Below, piece by piece: positions 30,292 through 45,739 of a DNA stretch of 64,000 nt. Positions within the stretch are counted from its first letter, which is position 1; every line of letters starts with the position of its first letter. Source of the DNA: the human T2T-CHM13v2.0 reference genome, Homo sapiens. Below the pieces are notes generated by a model. It searched no databases, was not told the origin of the DNA, and saw nothing but the letters and a program-made list of their open reading frames with translations. Position numbers and translations under genes: made by a program. Location: the NCBI RefSeq assembly GCF_009914755.1, contig NC_060925.1. One strand, written 5' to 3'.

Positions 30292-30408
30292 TTACTTTCC
30301 CTGCTTCTAAGTGGATGGGACATTTAAGGGGTCATTGAGAGAAAATACTGATTTTTCAGATATGTTTTACAGGGTTATAAACCACAAATACTTTTTCAGT
30401 GCTCTTAG

Positions 30409-30738
<330 letters not shown>

Positions 30739-30849
30739 TGAGCCTGGCCTAGTGCTGAAGTGTTTTTAGTGTTGATGAAATAATTTGACAATAATTATAT
30801 GTTGTCTACAACAAAGATCTCTCAATGCTCCAATATATAGTAAGTGTTT

Positions 30850-31470
30850 CCCCATACTTTCATGGGAAAAATTTAAACCTCAAAAATTTAAAGGAAGGTA
30901 CAATTAACACCCCATACCCTTTATCTAGATTCACCAATTGTTAACTTTTTGCTGAATTTGTTCTATTTCCCTCCCTCCTCCTCTCTCATTTTATCTCTTG
31001 CTCTCTCTCCACATACACACAAATATATATATACATATATGCACAGTTTTTTTGCTGACCATTTAAAAGTTGCAGCCATGGTGACACTTCACCTCTAAAT
31101 ATCTCAGCATGTATTTTTTAAGAACAAGTACATTTTCTAACGAAGACATCACCATTACCACACCCAAAGAAATTAACATCGATAAGGTAATATTAACTAA
31201 TACAGAGTCCATACTCAAATTTCCCCAATGTTAAAAAAAGTCATTTGCAGATTTTTTTTTCAATCAAGGATCACAGATTTCATTTTATTGTAATGATTCT
31301 TTAGTCGTCTTCAAAACAGATCCCTGGCCACCCTTCTTCCCCTCTCTTTTTTTAGTGTCTTTCATGAGGTTGATATATTTAAAGAATTTTGGCTGACAGT
31401 CTCAATTTGTTTTCTCATGATTTATGTTAAATGTTTTTGGCAAGAATAATGGATAGGTGTGTGGTAAGGT
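30850..31470 (-). mobile_element. Old L1M-type fragment (similar remnants at ~14060-14330, 23970-24050, 35285-35540)
   Basis: aattaacacccccataccctttatctagattcaccaattgttaac..ttaagaacaag..cattaccacaccc. Confidence 0.5.
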
Positions 31471-31538
31471 TTTAATACTGAAGACGTTTAGAATGAAAAG
31501 TAAAACAAAGGATGCTTTTCCTCTTTTCTTTCCTGCAG

Positions 31539-31702
31539 GATTCTGAACACAAGCAGTTTGCTCTGTGACTGCCATTTGAAGTGGCTACTTCAATGGTTGG
31601 TTGATAATAACTTTCAACATTCTGTGAATGTAAGCTGTGCACACCCTGAATGGCTAGCAGGGCAAAGCATCCTGAATGTGGATCTGAAAGATTTTGTCTG
31701 TG
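31539..31702 (+). CDS. LRIG2: LRIG2 exon 12 (164 nt, LRRCT cap: LLCDCHLKWL...SCAHP...DFVC)
   Basis: cctgcag|G acceptor; TG|gtttgt donor; CxC...C...C LRRCT cysteine pattern. Confidence 0.95.
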
Positions 31703-32129
31703 GTTTGTATTTTTGTTTTAAAATTTTATATATTACACACTTATAATCTTAACAGAATTAAAAAAATTAAACCAGAATGGTTTTCCACTAGGAATTTTTG
31801 TAATCATACAGTTTTAATTGCCATTAAAAATGATCACAGGCATTTTAATGAATGAAGGCTTTTCTCTTTTAGAGGGACTGTTAACCTTAGGTTAGGTATT
31901 TGGTAGTCAGATTCCTGAATCAAGCAATATGAGTTTTTTTATATGAACATTTTTAGTAGATCTTGAAAAGTGCCACCAGGTACTTTCCAAAAAGATAGCA
32001 CTAGTTTAAAGTTGTCACCAGCAATGTATGAATATACTGATTCTGTATGTTTCATATTTTTTGTGTGGTTTCATAACATTAAAGTGGCAGAGTTTTGTTT
32101 TTTCCTTGAGGGGAGAGAGATAGTCATAG

Positions 32130-32387
<258 letters not shown>

Positions 32388-34186
32388 TGAACTCCTGACC
32401 TCAGGTGATCTGCCTGCCTCTGCCTCCCAAAGTGCTGGGATTACAGGTGTGAGCCACCGTGCCCAGACAATTTCAAGTATACTTCTATATTATTCTTTCT
32501 CAATTTGGAAAATTTTCCTTTACACTTAAATGTCCTTTAGGCCGGGCACTGTGGCTCACACCTGTAATCCCAGCACTTTGGGAGGCTGAGGCAGGTGGGT
32601 CATCTGGGGTCTGGAGTTCGAGACCGGCCTGGCCAGCATGGCGAAACCCTGACTCTACTAAAAATACAAAAATTAGCTGGGCGTGGTGGCACACGCCTGT
32701 AATCCCAGCTTCTCTGGAGGCTGAGGCAGGAGAATCGCTTGAACCGAGAGTTGGAGGTTGCAGTGAGGCCAGATTGTGCCACTGCATTCCAGTCTGGGCA
32801 ACAGAGTGAGACTCTGTCTCAAAAAAACAATTTTTTTTTTCTTTAAAGTGGAATGACTGATTCTTAGCTTTACATAGGAGAACTTTTAGATCAGTGTATT
32901 TATGTTGGATATCCCTAGTATCTCTGATCATTTGAGTACCTATATATTGCCAAATCTGTTTTCACAATGTACTTAAAGATGGTTGGAACAGAACACACAC
33001 TTGGAAGTTCGGGCTCACAAAATACATCCATTGTTTTTTACAAAGTTTAAAGAAGAAAACAGAATCTAGTAAAGGTTAAATTCTGCTGACATTGCCGCAC
33101 ATTCCCTTTTTACTTAGTTTTAAATATAGACATACCATATATTTCTTCCTCCCCTTCCACTTAACTGCTTTTATGGCACAATGAAATGTTATCCAGTGGA
33201 GATACTGGTTAAGAATTTATATACCTGCTTCTCTCAATCAGTCCAATAACATTATTAATTATGAATCCATATTTTATTAGCCAGTCCTAAGCCAATCTTC
33301 AGCTGGACATTTGACCTATTTGGATTTTTTCACTACTTCAGGTGAAACCTGTGCACATACAAAATGCTTTCAAATAATTTGTTTTATTAGGTATTCTCTG
33401 TGAAATATAAATCATTCATAATCCCCCCATTTTATATTGGCACAGAAAGGATAATGGTTATATATATACATATATTTTTTGAGACAGAGTCTCGCTCTTT
33501 TGCCCAGGCTGGAGTGAAGTGGCGTGATCTCGGCTCACTAGCCACCTCTACCCCCCGGGTTCAAGTGATTCTCCTTCCTCAGCTTCTCAAGTAGCTGGGA
33601 TTACAGGCGGCCGCCACCTCGCCTGGGTAATTTTTGTGTTTTTAGAAGTGACGGGGTTTCGCCGTGTTGGTCAGGCTGGTCTCGAACTCCTGACCTGAGT
33701 TGATCCACCCACTTCGACCTCTGAAAGTGCTAGGATTACAGGTGTGAGCCACCGCGCCTGGCCATATACATGTTTATCTATCACATACATATATACAAGG
33801 GGTAATAGAAGTAGAACTTGTCTTGAAATCCTAATATAAGGTTTCTGTTTTTCCCCAATAACTGATAATGCTTGAGAAATATATTCTGAGCACACAGGTG
33901 ACAGTAAGGGCTAGTAGAAAAGTGCTGGATCCTGAAGTCAGGAAACCTGAGTTCCAATCCAGGCTCTGCCACTGACTGACATGTCTTTGAGCAAGTCATT
34001 TGAATTTTCTGGGCCTCATTTCCCCCATCTTTAAACAAGGGAATTGGACTGTAGCTCTGTAGTCTCTTTCAACTTTAATATGCCACTTTGTAAACAGAAC
34101 ACACAATTTTATAGTATTTTTTAAAATTGAATCTAAAGCAAAAATAAATAACTGACTTGGCTACGGATGCATTTTTTTCCCCTTAG

Positions 34187-34507
34187 ATGATTTTCTCAAG
34201 CCACAGATAAGGACACATCCTGAAACCATAATTGCTCTAAGAGGCATGAATGTGACTCTGACGTGCACTGCAGTGAGCAGCAGTGATTCACCCATGTCCA
34301 CTGTGTGGCGCAAAGACAGTGAAATCCTGTATGACGTGGATACTGAGAATTTTGTTCGTTATTGGCAGCAAGCTGGAGAAGCTCTGGAATATACTAGTAT
34401 CTTACATCTTTTCAATGTGAATTTCACAGATGAAGGAAAATATCAGTGTATTGTTACTAATCACTTTGGTTCTAATTATTCTCAGAAAGCCAAACTGACT
34501 GTAAATG
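34187..34507 (+). CDS. LRIG2: LRIG2 exon 13 (321 nt, Ig domain 1)
   Basis: ccttag|AT acceptor; G|gtaagg donor; VTLTC...W...DEGKYQC Ig signature. Confidence 0.97.
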
Positions 34508-34935
34508 GTAAGGAATTATGCTCCTTGATTTTTTTTAGTTTAGAAGGATTTTTCATGTTCAGTTTTGAATCACTTGAGAGAATTAGACTAAATCTGACAT
34601 TTAAGTAGGACTCTTACTGTTATTGTCTTTTGAGTTGTGATAACTTATCAAGTGGGTGGGATTTTTGGATTAGTCAGTCTGCCCACTTATGGTCTCTAAT
34701 TGGTCTTTGGTTGAAGGGTAAGTGCTGTGGCCCTAGGAGATGTGCTACTTTCACTGCTGTTTATGCTTTTGAAGACATTCTTATGAAATTCTCAGTTTTC
34801 ATTCCAGAACCATAAATCTCTCTTGATAACTATGAAATTTATTCCTGATGGGCCTTCTAATAACTGGGAATATTTAGGACATTTTTGGGTCTAATGGTCA
34901 TTATCATTGTCTAAATGTAGTTACACAGGATCATT

Positions 34936-34958
34936 TGTGTGTGTGTGTGTGTGTGTGT
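34936..34958. repeat. (TG)n microsatellite
   Basis: direct observation. Confidence 0.9.
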
Positions 34959-36418
34959 ATTTTTATTTATTTATTTTAATTTCTCTTGTTTTTTGTTTTG
35001 AGATGGAGTCTCGCTCTGTCGCCCAGGATGGAATGCAGTGGCATGATCTCGGCTCACTGCAAATTCCGCCTCCCAGGTTCAAGTGATTCTCCTGTCTCCT
35101 GTAATTCGAGTAGCTGGAATTACAGATGTGCGCCACCAGGCCCATCTAATTTTTGTATTTTTAGTAGAGACAAAGTTTCACCATTTTGGCCAGGTTGGTC
35201 TCAGACTCCTGAGCGCAAGTGATCCGCCTGCCTTGGCCTCCCAAAGTATTCGGATTACAGGCATGAACCACTGCACCCAGCCTTATTTCAGTACCTTTTG
35301 GGGTACAAGTGAGTTTTTTTCCCATGGATGAATTATAGTGGTGCATTCTGAGAATTTAGTGCACCCATCACTGAGTAGCGTACATAGTATCTAATGTGTA
35401 GTTTTTTATCCCTAGCCCCCGCTCACCCTCTCCATTCTGAATCTCTAACGTCCATGATACCACTCTGTATGCCTTTGTGTACTCATACTTAGCTCCCACT
35501 TATAAGTGAGAACATATGGTGTTTGGTTTTTCACTCCACACAGGATCATTTTAAAAATGAATACTCTTCTTTCCTGCAAAAGCTTCTTAAAAACAGCTTG
35601 ATTTATCTATTGCCTATTAAATTGAATAACTACAACATTTTAGGGTTTGTACAACCAAAAGATGTACTTATGTTTTGCTTCTGTGTTTTTTAATGATACT
35701 TTTGAAGGCATAAGTTTTTTTAGCATGCAGTTTCCTTGATAGCTTTGTAGATGTTGGTTTGGGAACATTTTTGAGATGGACTCTCACTCTGTCATGCAGG
35801 CTGGAGTGCAGTGGTGTGATCTCAGCTCACTGCAGCCTTCGCCTCCTAGTTTCAAGTGATTCTCCTGCCTCAGCCTCCCAGGGAAGCATCATTTAGCTTC
35901 ATAAGTGAGAGAGTCATAGTAAATACCAGGTTCTAAAATACGAAGTTCAAAGAAGGTTTGTGGCCTTCTGCTTTCCCTAGTTCCAGCTGATGATTAAGTG
36001 TATCATGCATCCTAGAAGACACAGTCATCAGTGTGCTCCAAATACTCTTGGAAGAAAAGATGTTCTCAAAACCATATTCACTCTTGGCTGGGTGCTGTGG
36101 CTCAGGCTTGTAGTCCCAGCACTTTGGGAGGCCAAGGTGGGAGGATAGCTTGAGGCCTGGAATTTGAAGCTGCAGTGAGCTATGATTGCGCCAGTGTACT
36201 CCCGCCTGGACAGCAGAGCAAGACCCTATCTCTAAAGTTTGTTTTTGTTTTTTTAAATTTATAAAACTATATTCACTCTCAATCAGAGAGCCTGTCTTCA
36301 CAAAGAAATGGAACATTAGGGGGTGTCTTGCCTACTAGATTCTTTCATGCCTATTTGTATGCATATATGTGTCTTTGTTCCCTTGCCCACTTTTTCTTGG
36401 TGATTTTTCTGGAAACAG

Positions 36419-36700
36419 AGATGCCATCTTTTCTGAAAACGCCAATGGATCTGACTATTCGCACTGGTGCCATGGCCAGATTAGAATGTGCTGCAGAGGG
36501 ACACCCTGCACCTCAGATTTCCTGGCAGAAAGATGGTGGTACTGACTTTCCTGCGGCTCGAGAAAGACGCATGCACGTCATGCCCGAGGATGACGTCTTC
36601 TTTATTGCCAATGTGAAAATAGAAGATATGGGAATCTATAGCTGCATGGCACAAAATACAGCAGGAGGTCTCTCAGCAAATGCTTCCCTAACAGTGTTAG
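36419..36700 (+). CDS. LRIG2: LRIG2 exon 14 (282 nt, Ig domain 2)
   Basis: aaacag|AG acceptor; AG|gtacgt donor; ARLEC...WQKDG...DMGIYSC. Confidence 0.97.
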
Positions 36701-37470
36701 GTACGTTTACTGCTCCATGGGTCCCTGCTTTTGTTGGAGTCTTTGGGAGCTACTCTTGGTCTTAATGAGCAAGAAAAATAAGTTTGAGATTACCTCTGTG
36801 ATTCTTAGATCTTTATCTTATTTCACAATTTTATGCAAGGTTATGTCAGTCTAGGAATTAGTGGGTCAGATAACTGAAATGTGGGAAAATACATAGGGCA
36901 AAATTAGGTAGGCATCCTTGTCACAATAATTGAAAGTTCAAATTCCTTTATCAGCTTATCTTTTTAAGTCCCTCTCTGTAAGGTTTCTGTTTCATGTAGG
37001 TGTGTTTACTATTCACTGAGTTTGCATTGAGAGTTCCACTGTTCTTTTAGGAGTATCCCAGCCATTTGATGCTGCTTCACTTATTGCTTGATAGGAACCT
37101 AAGACTATTTAACTGTTTGCTCCTAGTTCATTTTCAAAAAAAATTTAATACAAAAAAAAAAAAAAAAAGATGTGTTTTCTGGTTAGAGTTTCTGCTTTCC
37201 TTTTCAGTGTGTTCTTCTTAACCCTATTTCTGGTAAAATGCCTTTTTTCCTAAAAATTTTCCCCTGCTGGCCTGGGTTTTTTTTGTTGTTGTTGTTTGTT
37301 TGTTTTGTTTTTTCTTCCTTATTACAATACTTTTCTTCGTGGAACTCAAATCCAGGGTAAATTCTACTTTCCAGTTCTCTATTTTCCTATATGTCAGTTA
37401 TTATTATTATTTTTTTTAAGTTTGTTGGTTTGTATTGTTTACTTGTATAACCAGAAAAATAAGAAGTCAT

Positions 37471-37509
<39 letters not shown>

Positions 37510-38359
37510 TTTTGAGACGGAGTCTCATTCTGTTGCCCAGGCTGGAATGCAGTGGCGCAATCTCGGCTCAGAGCAACCTCCACTTCCCGGGTTCAAGTGA
37601 TTCTCCTGCCTCAGCCTCCTGAGTAGCTGGTACTACAGGCATGTACCACTGCGCCCAGCTAATTTTTGTATTTTTTTTAGAGACGGGGTTTCACCATGTT
37701 GGTCAGGCTGGTCTCGAACTCCTGACCTCATGATCCGCCTGCCTCAGCCTTAGAAAAATAAGTCATTTATTGTTTTAACATGTTAAGATATACAGAAAAT
37801 TAGGAAAAGGGGAGGAAAGTCACTCAAATACTTAAGGATTTTAGCATATTCTAGACTTTCCCCTCTCACTTTTATGTAGTCAAATATACCTACATTTTTT
37901 TCATTTAATATTGTACCACAAGTTGCCTTGTTATTAAAGTCTTTGTAAAAGATCATGTGACTATAATTTACTTAATCATTTTTCTGCTAGATTTAAAAAT
38001 GTTTTTCTTTATTCTTTAAAGTTACACATTTTGTAGTAAACATCTTTGCGTATAAATCTTTGAATTTCTTTTTTTTTAAGTTATTTTTAATCTTTTTTAA
38101 TGGGTCACCGCTGCTCACCCCCTCCAGCTATTGCAGCTGCCCTGAACTTCTTTCTTAGGATAGCTTGCCTAAGCTGGAATTATCGAGAAAAGATTGAGGC
38201 TTTTTTCAGGATTTTGTTCTGAAACATTAACTTCTAATCCTCCCATGAGTATATAAAATTACTCATTTTATTATACCCCCATTGGTCTAATTCAGTAGAA
38301 ATTAGGGAATAAAATTGCCTAACTTTTCATTTTTTTTTTTTTTAATGTTTTCCTGTTAG

Positions 38360-38809
38360 AGACACCCTCATTTATTAGACCCCTGGAGGATAAGACAGTA
38401 ACCCGAGGTGAAACTGCGGTGTTACAGTGCATAGCTGGAGGGAGTCCTGCCCCTCGTCTCAACTGGACTAAAGATGATGGGCCTTTGCTGGTGACAGAAC
38501 GACATTTCTTTGCTGCAGCCAATCAGCTTCTCATCATTGTAGATGCCGGGCTAGAAGATGCTGGGAAATATACCTGCATTATGTCTAACACCCTTGGGAC
38601 AGAACGTGGCCACATTTACCTAAATGTCATTTCATCCCCCAATTGTGACTCTTCCCAGAGTAGCATTGGGCATGAAGATGATGGCTGGACCACAGTTGGC
38701 ATTGTCATCATTGTTGTGGTCTGCTGTGTTGTTGGCACTTCTTTGATCTGGGTCATTGTTATTTACCACATGAGAAGGAAAAATGAAGACTATAGTATCA
38801 CAAACACAG
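38360..38809 (+). CDS. LRIG2: LRIG2 exon 15 (450 nt, Ig domain 3 plus transmembrane helix)
   Basis: tgttag|AG acceptor; AG|gtaagt donor; DAGKYTC; TM VGIVIIVVVCCVVGTSLIWVIVIY followed by basic RRK. Confidence 0.97.
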
Positions 38810-39098
38810 GTAAGTAGTACCCACATGACACCTATGGCTTGTACTTCAGTCAAGAATGTAGTATAGGATTAATTGTACAATATAAAAAACTGAGAGCTGG
38901 TCATAGTAGCACATGCCTGTACTCCCAGCTACTCAGGAGGATGAGGTGGGAGGACTGCTTGAGCCCAGGAGTTCAAGGCCCACCTGGGCAACATAGCAAG
39001 ACCTCATCTTCCCCCTCAAAAAACTGAAGAGCTGTGATACATTACCTGATATGTGATAGAAGGGAGTTTTTGTTGTTAAAATGTTCAACTTCTTTGAT

Positions 39099-39149
39099 AT
39101 AACAGAACCTCTTTGAGGAATAGGTTCATAACAGAACCTCTTTGAGGAA
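39099..39149. repeat. 22-bp direct repeat ataacagaacctctttgaggaa with 7-nt spacer
   Basis: 39099-39120 is identical to 39128-39149; spacer taggttc. Confidence 0.95.
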
Positions 39150-39451
39150 AGAATTTTGTTTATTTGAGATAGGGTGTTACTGTAATGCCCAGGTCAGAGT
39201 GTATCGGTACATTCATGGCTCACTGCAGCGTTGACTTCCCAGGCTCAGGTGATTCTCCCATCTCGGCCTTCTGAGAAGCGGGGACTATAGGCATGTGCCA
39301 CCGCGCCTAAGTTTTTATATTTTTAGTAGAGTCGGGTTTTGCCATGTTGCCCAAGCTGGTCTCAAACTCCTGGGCTCTAGCAATTTGTCCACCTTGGCCT
39401 CTCAAAGTGCTGGGATTACAGGCATGAGCCACTGCGTCTGACCAATTTTAA

Positions 39452-39694
<243 letters not shown>

Positions 39695-40218
39695 TGATCC
39701 ACCCACCTTGGCCTCCCAGAGGGCTGGGATTACAAGCGTGAGCCACCACGCCCGGCCAAACTTTACTTCTAAAAACGCATTACAGATGCATTCTTTTTAA
39801 TGTCTAAGGCTCCTTTTCATCATAATTTTGCTGTAAGGAAGAGTGGAGCCCTTGTGATTGAGATCAGTCTCTTTTTTTCCCTTGAATATCAAACTGGATC
39901 ATTGAGGTCAGTCTTTTACACCTCTCACCCTGGAATCCTGCAAGAAAAGAAATCTAGGCAGATAGATTATGAAAGTGTGGCAGTAGATAAGATTTCAACC
40001 TTTAGGTTTTGTTTCTTTCAATGAAACTTTTAAAGTGAAGCTTTGAGAAGAATTCTAGTGAGAAATAGTTTTAGGGGAAGTACCAAGAGCTGTTGCGGTC
40101 CTAGGTACGTACAGTTTTTCTTGCTAATAGTATCAAAGTGGAACACATTTGCAAAATAGTCTTCTGAGTGTTGGCTTCAACTGCCTACCTTTGAGAATTA
40201 AAAATGTCTCTTTTACAG

Positions 40219-40368
40219 AGGAGCTCAATCTGCCTGCAGACATTCCCAGCTACTTGTCTTCCCAAGGAACGCTGTCTGAGCCACAGGAAGGCTACAGCAA
40301 CTCTGAGGCAGGCAGTCATCAGCAACTTATGCCTCCTGCCAATGGATATATACACAAAGGCACTGACG
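40219..40368 (+). CDS. LRIG2: LRIG2 exon 16 (150 nt, cytoplasmic ELNLPADIPSYLSSQGTL...)
   Basis: tttacag|AG acceptor; CG|gtaatg donor; conserved LRIG motif PSYLSSQGTL. Confidence 0.95.
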
Positions 40369-41374
40369 GTAATGACTGTTGTTTATGGTTACAATTTCAG
40401 CCTATTCTATTGAGTTTACTTTTCAGTGTGTAGTTTCTCCATTAATCTGAAGCAATATTTTAAAGTAAGATACCTAATGAAAGCATTTAGCCACATGCAA
40501 AATAGGATGAAAATTGACTAAAGTCTTAAAAGGATATGAAAATCATCTTACAGAGTGGAGAAACACATTAAACAAGAGATCAGAGTACACAGCAGAGGCT
40601 CCCAAACTTGTGTAATTATAGGAAAGGGATATTCTGCAAACTTTTTTCAGGTATCTCTTTCTTACCCTTTTCAGGCGTGGGCATCCTTCAGACCACATCC
40701 AAGGGAGGCTGGTTTCTCTTCCTGACAGGTAGACATTCAGTAAAGTTTAAAGGGTAGCTAGGAGCCAGGCATGGTGGCATGCCTGTAGTCCCATCTACCC
40801 ACGAGGCTGAAGCAGGATTACTTGAGGCCAGGAGTTCGAGGCTGTATTGTGCTGTGAGTGCACCTATGAATAGCCACTGTACTCTAGCCTGGACAACATA
40901 GCAAGACTCCCCACCTCTAAAAGAAATCAACAAATGGTAGCAATGGTTCTCAGCATATACTGGAGAACATCAGAGAGATGTAAAGAGTTCCCTAATTAAA
41001 TGAACCTGACATCCCAACACGTAGAGATGCGTACCCATACACAGAGTTCTTCTCCCTCCACCCTTTTCATAGCCTCGCTCCCATAGGGAGTGACAGAACT
41101 GAATGAATTAAGGGACAGAAGAATTGGGTTTAATTGATACTTCTTCCTTTTTCCAGCTCTGTGACCATGAAGCTAGTTACTTAAGATCTGAGCTTTACTT
41201 TTCTAATTTTTAAATAAAGAGACAATAATTTGTAAAGCACTTCCCCCAAGATTCTCACAGATCTTTTCAGCAAATCTGTGTGGTACTTCAAATACTATAC
41301 AAATGGAAGATTTATTCCATTTCTTCAGAGACTTTTTTAGGCTGGGTGTCAACAGAACTTTATCTAATTGATAA

Positions 41375-41647
<273 letters not shown>

Positions 41648-41868
41648 TGATCTGCCTGCCTCAGCCTCCCAAAGTGCTGGGATTACAGGCATGAGCCACC
41701 GCACCTGGCTGGCATTTCTGACTTTTAAAAGAATACTTAAAAGTCTGTTCTTTGAAGTATGTGGGAAATAACACTGCTTTCTGGGTTAAACTAAATTACT
41801 TTTCACTCTCTTCCAATTCTAACATTCTGTTGCATGATTTTTTTTTGTTTGTTTTTTGGTTTTTTTGA

Positions 41869-41973
<105 letters not shown>

Positions 41974-42481
41974 TGAGTAGCTGGGATTACAGGCACCTGT
42001 CACCATGCCCGGCTTATTTTGTATTTTTAGTAGAGATGGGGTTTCACCATATTGGCCAGGCTGGTCTCAAACTTCGGACCTCAGGTGATCCACCTGCCTC
42101 GGCCTCCCCAAGTGCTGGGCTTACAGGCATGAGCCACTGCTCCTGGCCTGTTGCATGATTTTGAATAAGTAACTCACTCTTTATTTCTCACTCTCTCTTC
42201 TCTCCTTCATCATTCAGTTTTCAAAGCACATAATAATCCAGGGAGTTCATTGTTAAACCTATACTTCTGTCAACCATGTACTTGTCAGGCAGGACTTCTC
42301 ATTGTCAGAAGCTTTCCCTAGGGATGCTTGTAGCAATTGGTGTTACTTAACCTCTTGACTCATTAAAGTAACATGGTTTTTCATGAAGTGAAGTCATCAT
42401 AACTCCTTATTCTCTGACTTAGTTTGCTTAAGCCAAGCATGTGTCTTGTAGCACAGTACCAGCCTTATCTTGCTCCCTTGA

Positions 42482-43075
<594 letters not shown>

Positions 43076-43162
43076 ATGATGACAACTTTTGAAGAAAACT
43101 GACGATTGGCAAAAAATAATTCCTTAACAGAAAGATATTTAGATTCTTTTTCTTGTTATTAG

Positions 43163-43453
43163 GTGGCACTGGTACCCGGGTGATTTGCTCAGATTGTTAT
43201 GACAATGCCAACATCTACTCCAGGACCCGAGAATACTGTCCATACACCTATATTGCTGAGGAGGACGTTCTTGATCAGACACTGTCCAGCCTCATGGTCC
43301 AAATGCCTAAAGAGACATATTTAGTACATCCTCCCCAGGATACTACTGCCCTAGAGAGCCTGATACCGTCAGCCAACAGAGAGCCATCTGCCTTTCCCAC
43401 CAACCATGAGAGGATAAGTGAGAAGAAACTTCCCTCCACACAGATGAGCGGTG
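43163..43453 (+). CDS. LRIG2: LRIG2 exon 17 (291 nt, cytoplasmic)
   Basis: tattag|GT acceptor; TG|gtaagg donor; ORF 43153..43503. Confidence 0.93.
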
Positions 43454-43692
43454 GTAAGGGATGTATTTTTGTTGTTATTTTGTTTTTACTTTCGTCTAAT
43501 TGACTCTTCCTTCTATCATATAGGTAGTGCTCTCATTTGACAGGAAGCAAGCAGATCGGTATATAGGAGTAACTGGCCATTGTTAAATGGTATAAACTAT
43601 AGCCAGAGATTTCTGCATACTAGAGTTACAAAGAAGTCTTCATCTATAGGATGGAAACAACTTTTGTGGGGGTAACAGGATCACACTACTGA

Positions 43693-44019
<327 letters not shown>

Positions 44020-44417
44020 TGAGCCACCGCACCCGGTATCATATAGGGTATTAATTTTTCTCCGATCTTTATTTAAATAAAAGAATAAAATATGGGGGGC
44101 CGGGCACAGTGGCTCACGCCTGTAATCTTAGCACTTTCGGAGGCCAAAGCAGGTGGATCATTTGAGGTCAGGAGTTTGAGACCAGCCTGGCCAACATAGG
44201 GAAACCCTGTCTCCACTAAAAATACAAAAATTAGCCTAACATGGTGGTGCATGCCTGTAGTCCCACCTACTCGGGAAGCTGAGGCACGAGAATCACTTAA
44301 GCTCGAGATGGAGGTTGCAGTGAGCTGAGATCGTGCCACTGCACTCCAGCCTGGGCAACAGAGTGAGACTCTGTCTCCAAAAAATAGTAATAATAAAATT
44401 TGGGCATAATTTGGTGA

Positions 44418-44564
<147 letters not shown>

Positions 44565-45410
44565 TGAGTAGCTGGGATTACAGGCATGTGCCACCATGCC
44601 CAGCTGATTTTCTATTTTTAGTAGAGATGGGGTTTCTCCATGTTGGTCAGGCTGGTCTCAAACTCCCGACCTCAGGTGAGCCACCCACCTTGGCCTCCCA
44701 AAGTGCTGGGATTACAGGCATGAGCCACTGTGCCCGGCCTACTGAGAAGTTTTTTTTTTTTTATTTGAGATGGAGTCTAGCCCTGTTGCCCAGGCTGGAG
44801 TCCAGTGGCGTGATCTCAACTCACTGCAACCTCTGCCTCCCAGGTTCAAGCGATTTTCCTGCCTCAGCCTCCTGAGTAGCTGGGATTACAGGCATGTGCA
44901 ACCACAACCGGCTAATTTTTTGTATCTTTATAAGATGGGGTTTCACCATGTTGTCCAGGCTGGTCTCGAACTGCTGACCTCGTGATCTGCCTGCCTTGGC
45001 CTCCCAAAGTGCTGGGATTACAGGCGTGAGCCACCATGCCTGGCTGAGAAGAGTTTTAAATGTTTTGTTTTGTTGCTGTTTTAGCAGGTAAACATTTAAT
45101 TTCAGCTTCACTTGGCGGGTGTTTTTTTCTATGAGGTATGATCAAGGTCATAAGTGAGAACGCAGTTTTGGGCTTGTGTCCCCTGTCTCACATGGCCCAG
45201 GAAAAGAAATATACATTATATTGTATAGATTAGGCATTTGATAACCTACTTGGCATTTGAAACAAAACTCTTTCTAAATCATGAAGAGTAATGCTGAGCA
45301 TGTGTGTCTTCCTGTCCATCCAAGCTTTTCATCAGCTTTCATCCTTCTGTCAGCCTGACATGGAAGAGCAGTGGAATAGGGTAGGAGGTCAGGCTGGGCA
45401 TGGTGGCTCA

Positions 45411-45713
<303 letters not shown>

Positions 45714-45739
45714 TTACAGAGGAAGGCAAAGTATACTGT

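Noticed and set aside
36701-36765. Read-through of exon 14 into a mildly hydrophobic tail (possible GPI signal); similar tails after exons 13 and 17
   Set aside because: T-rich intron starts naturally encode hydrophobic residues, and there is no canonical poly(A) signal close by
37135-37170. Genomic A-run as an intronic transcript end
   Set aside because: More likely an oligo-dT internal-priming artefact site; no supporting signal
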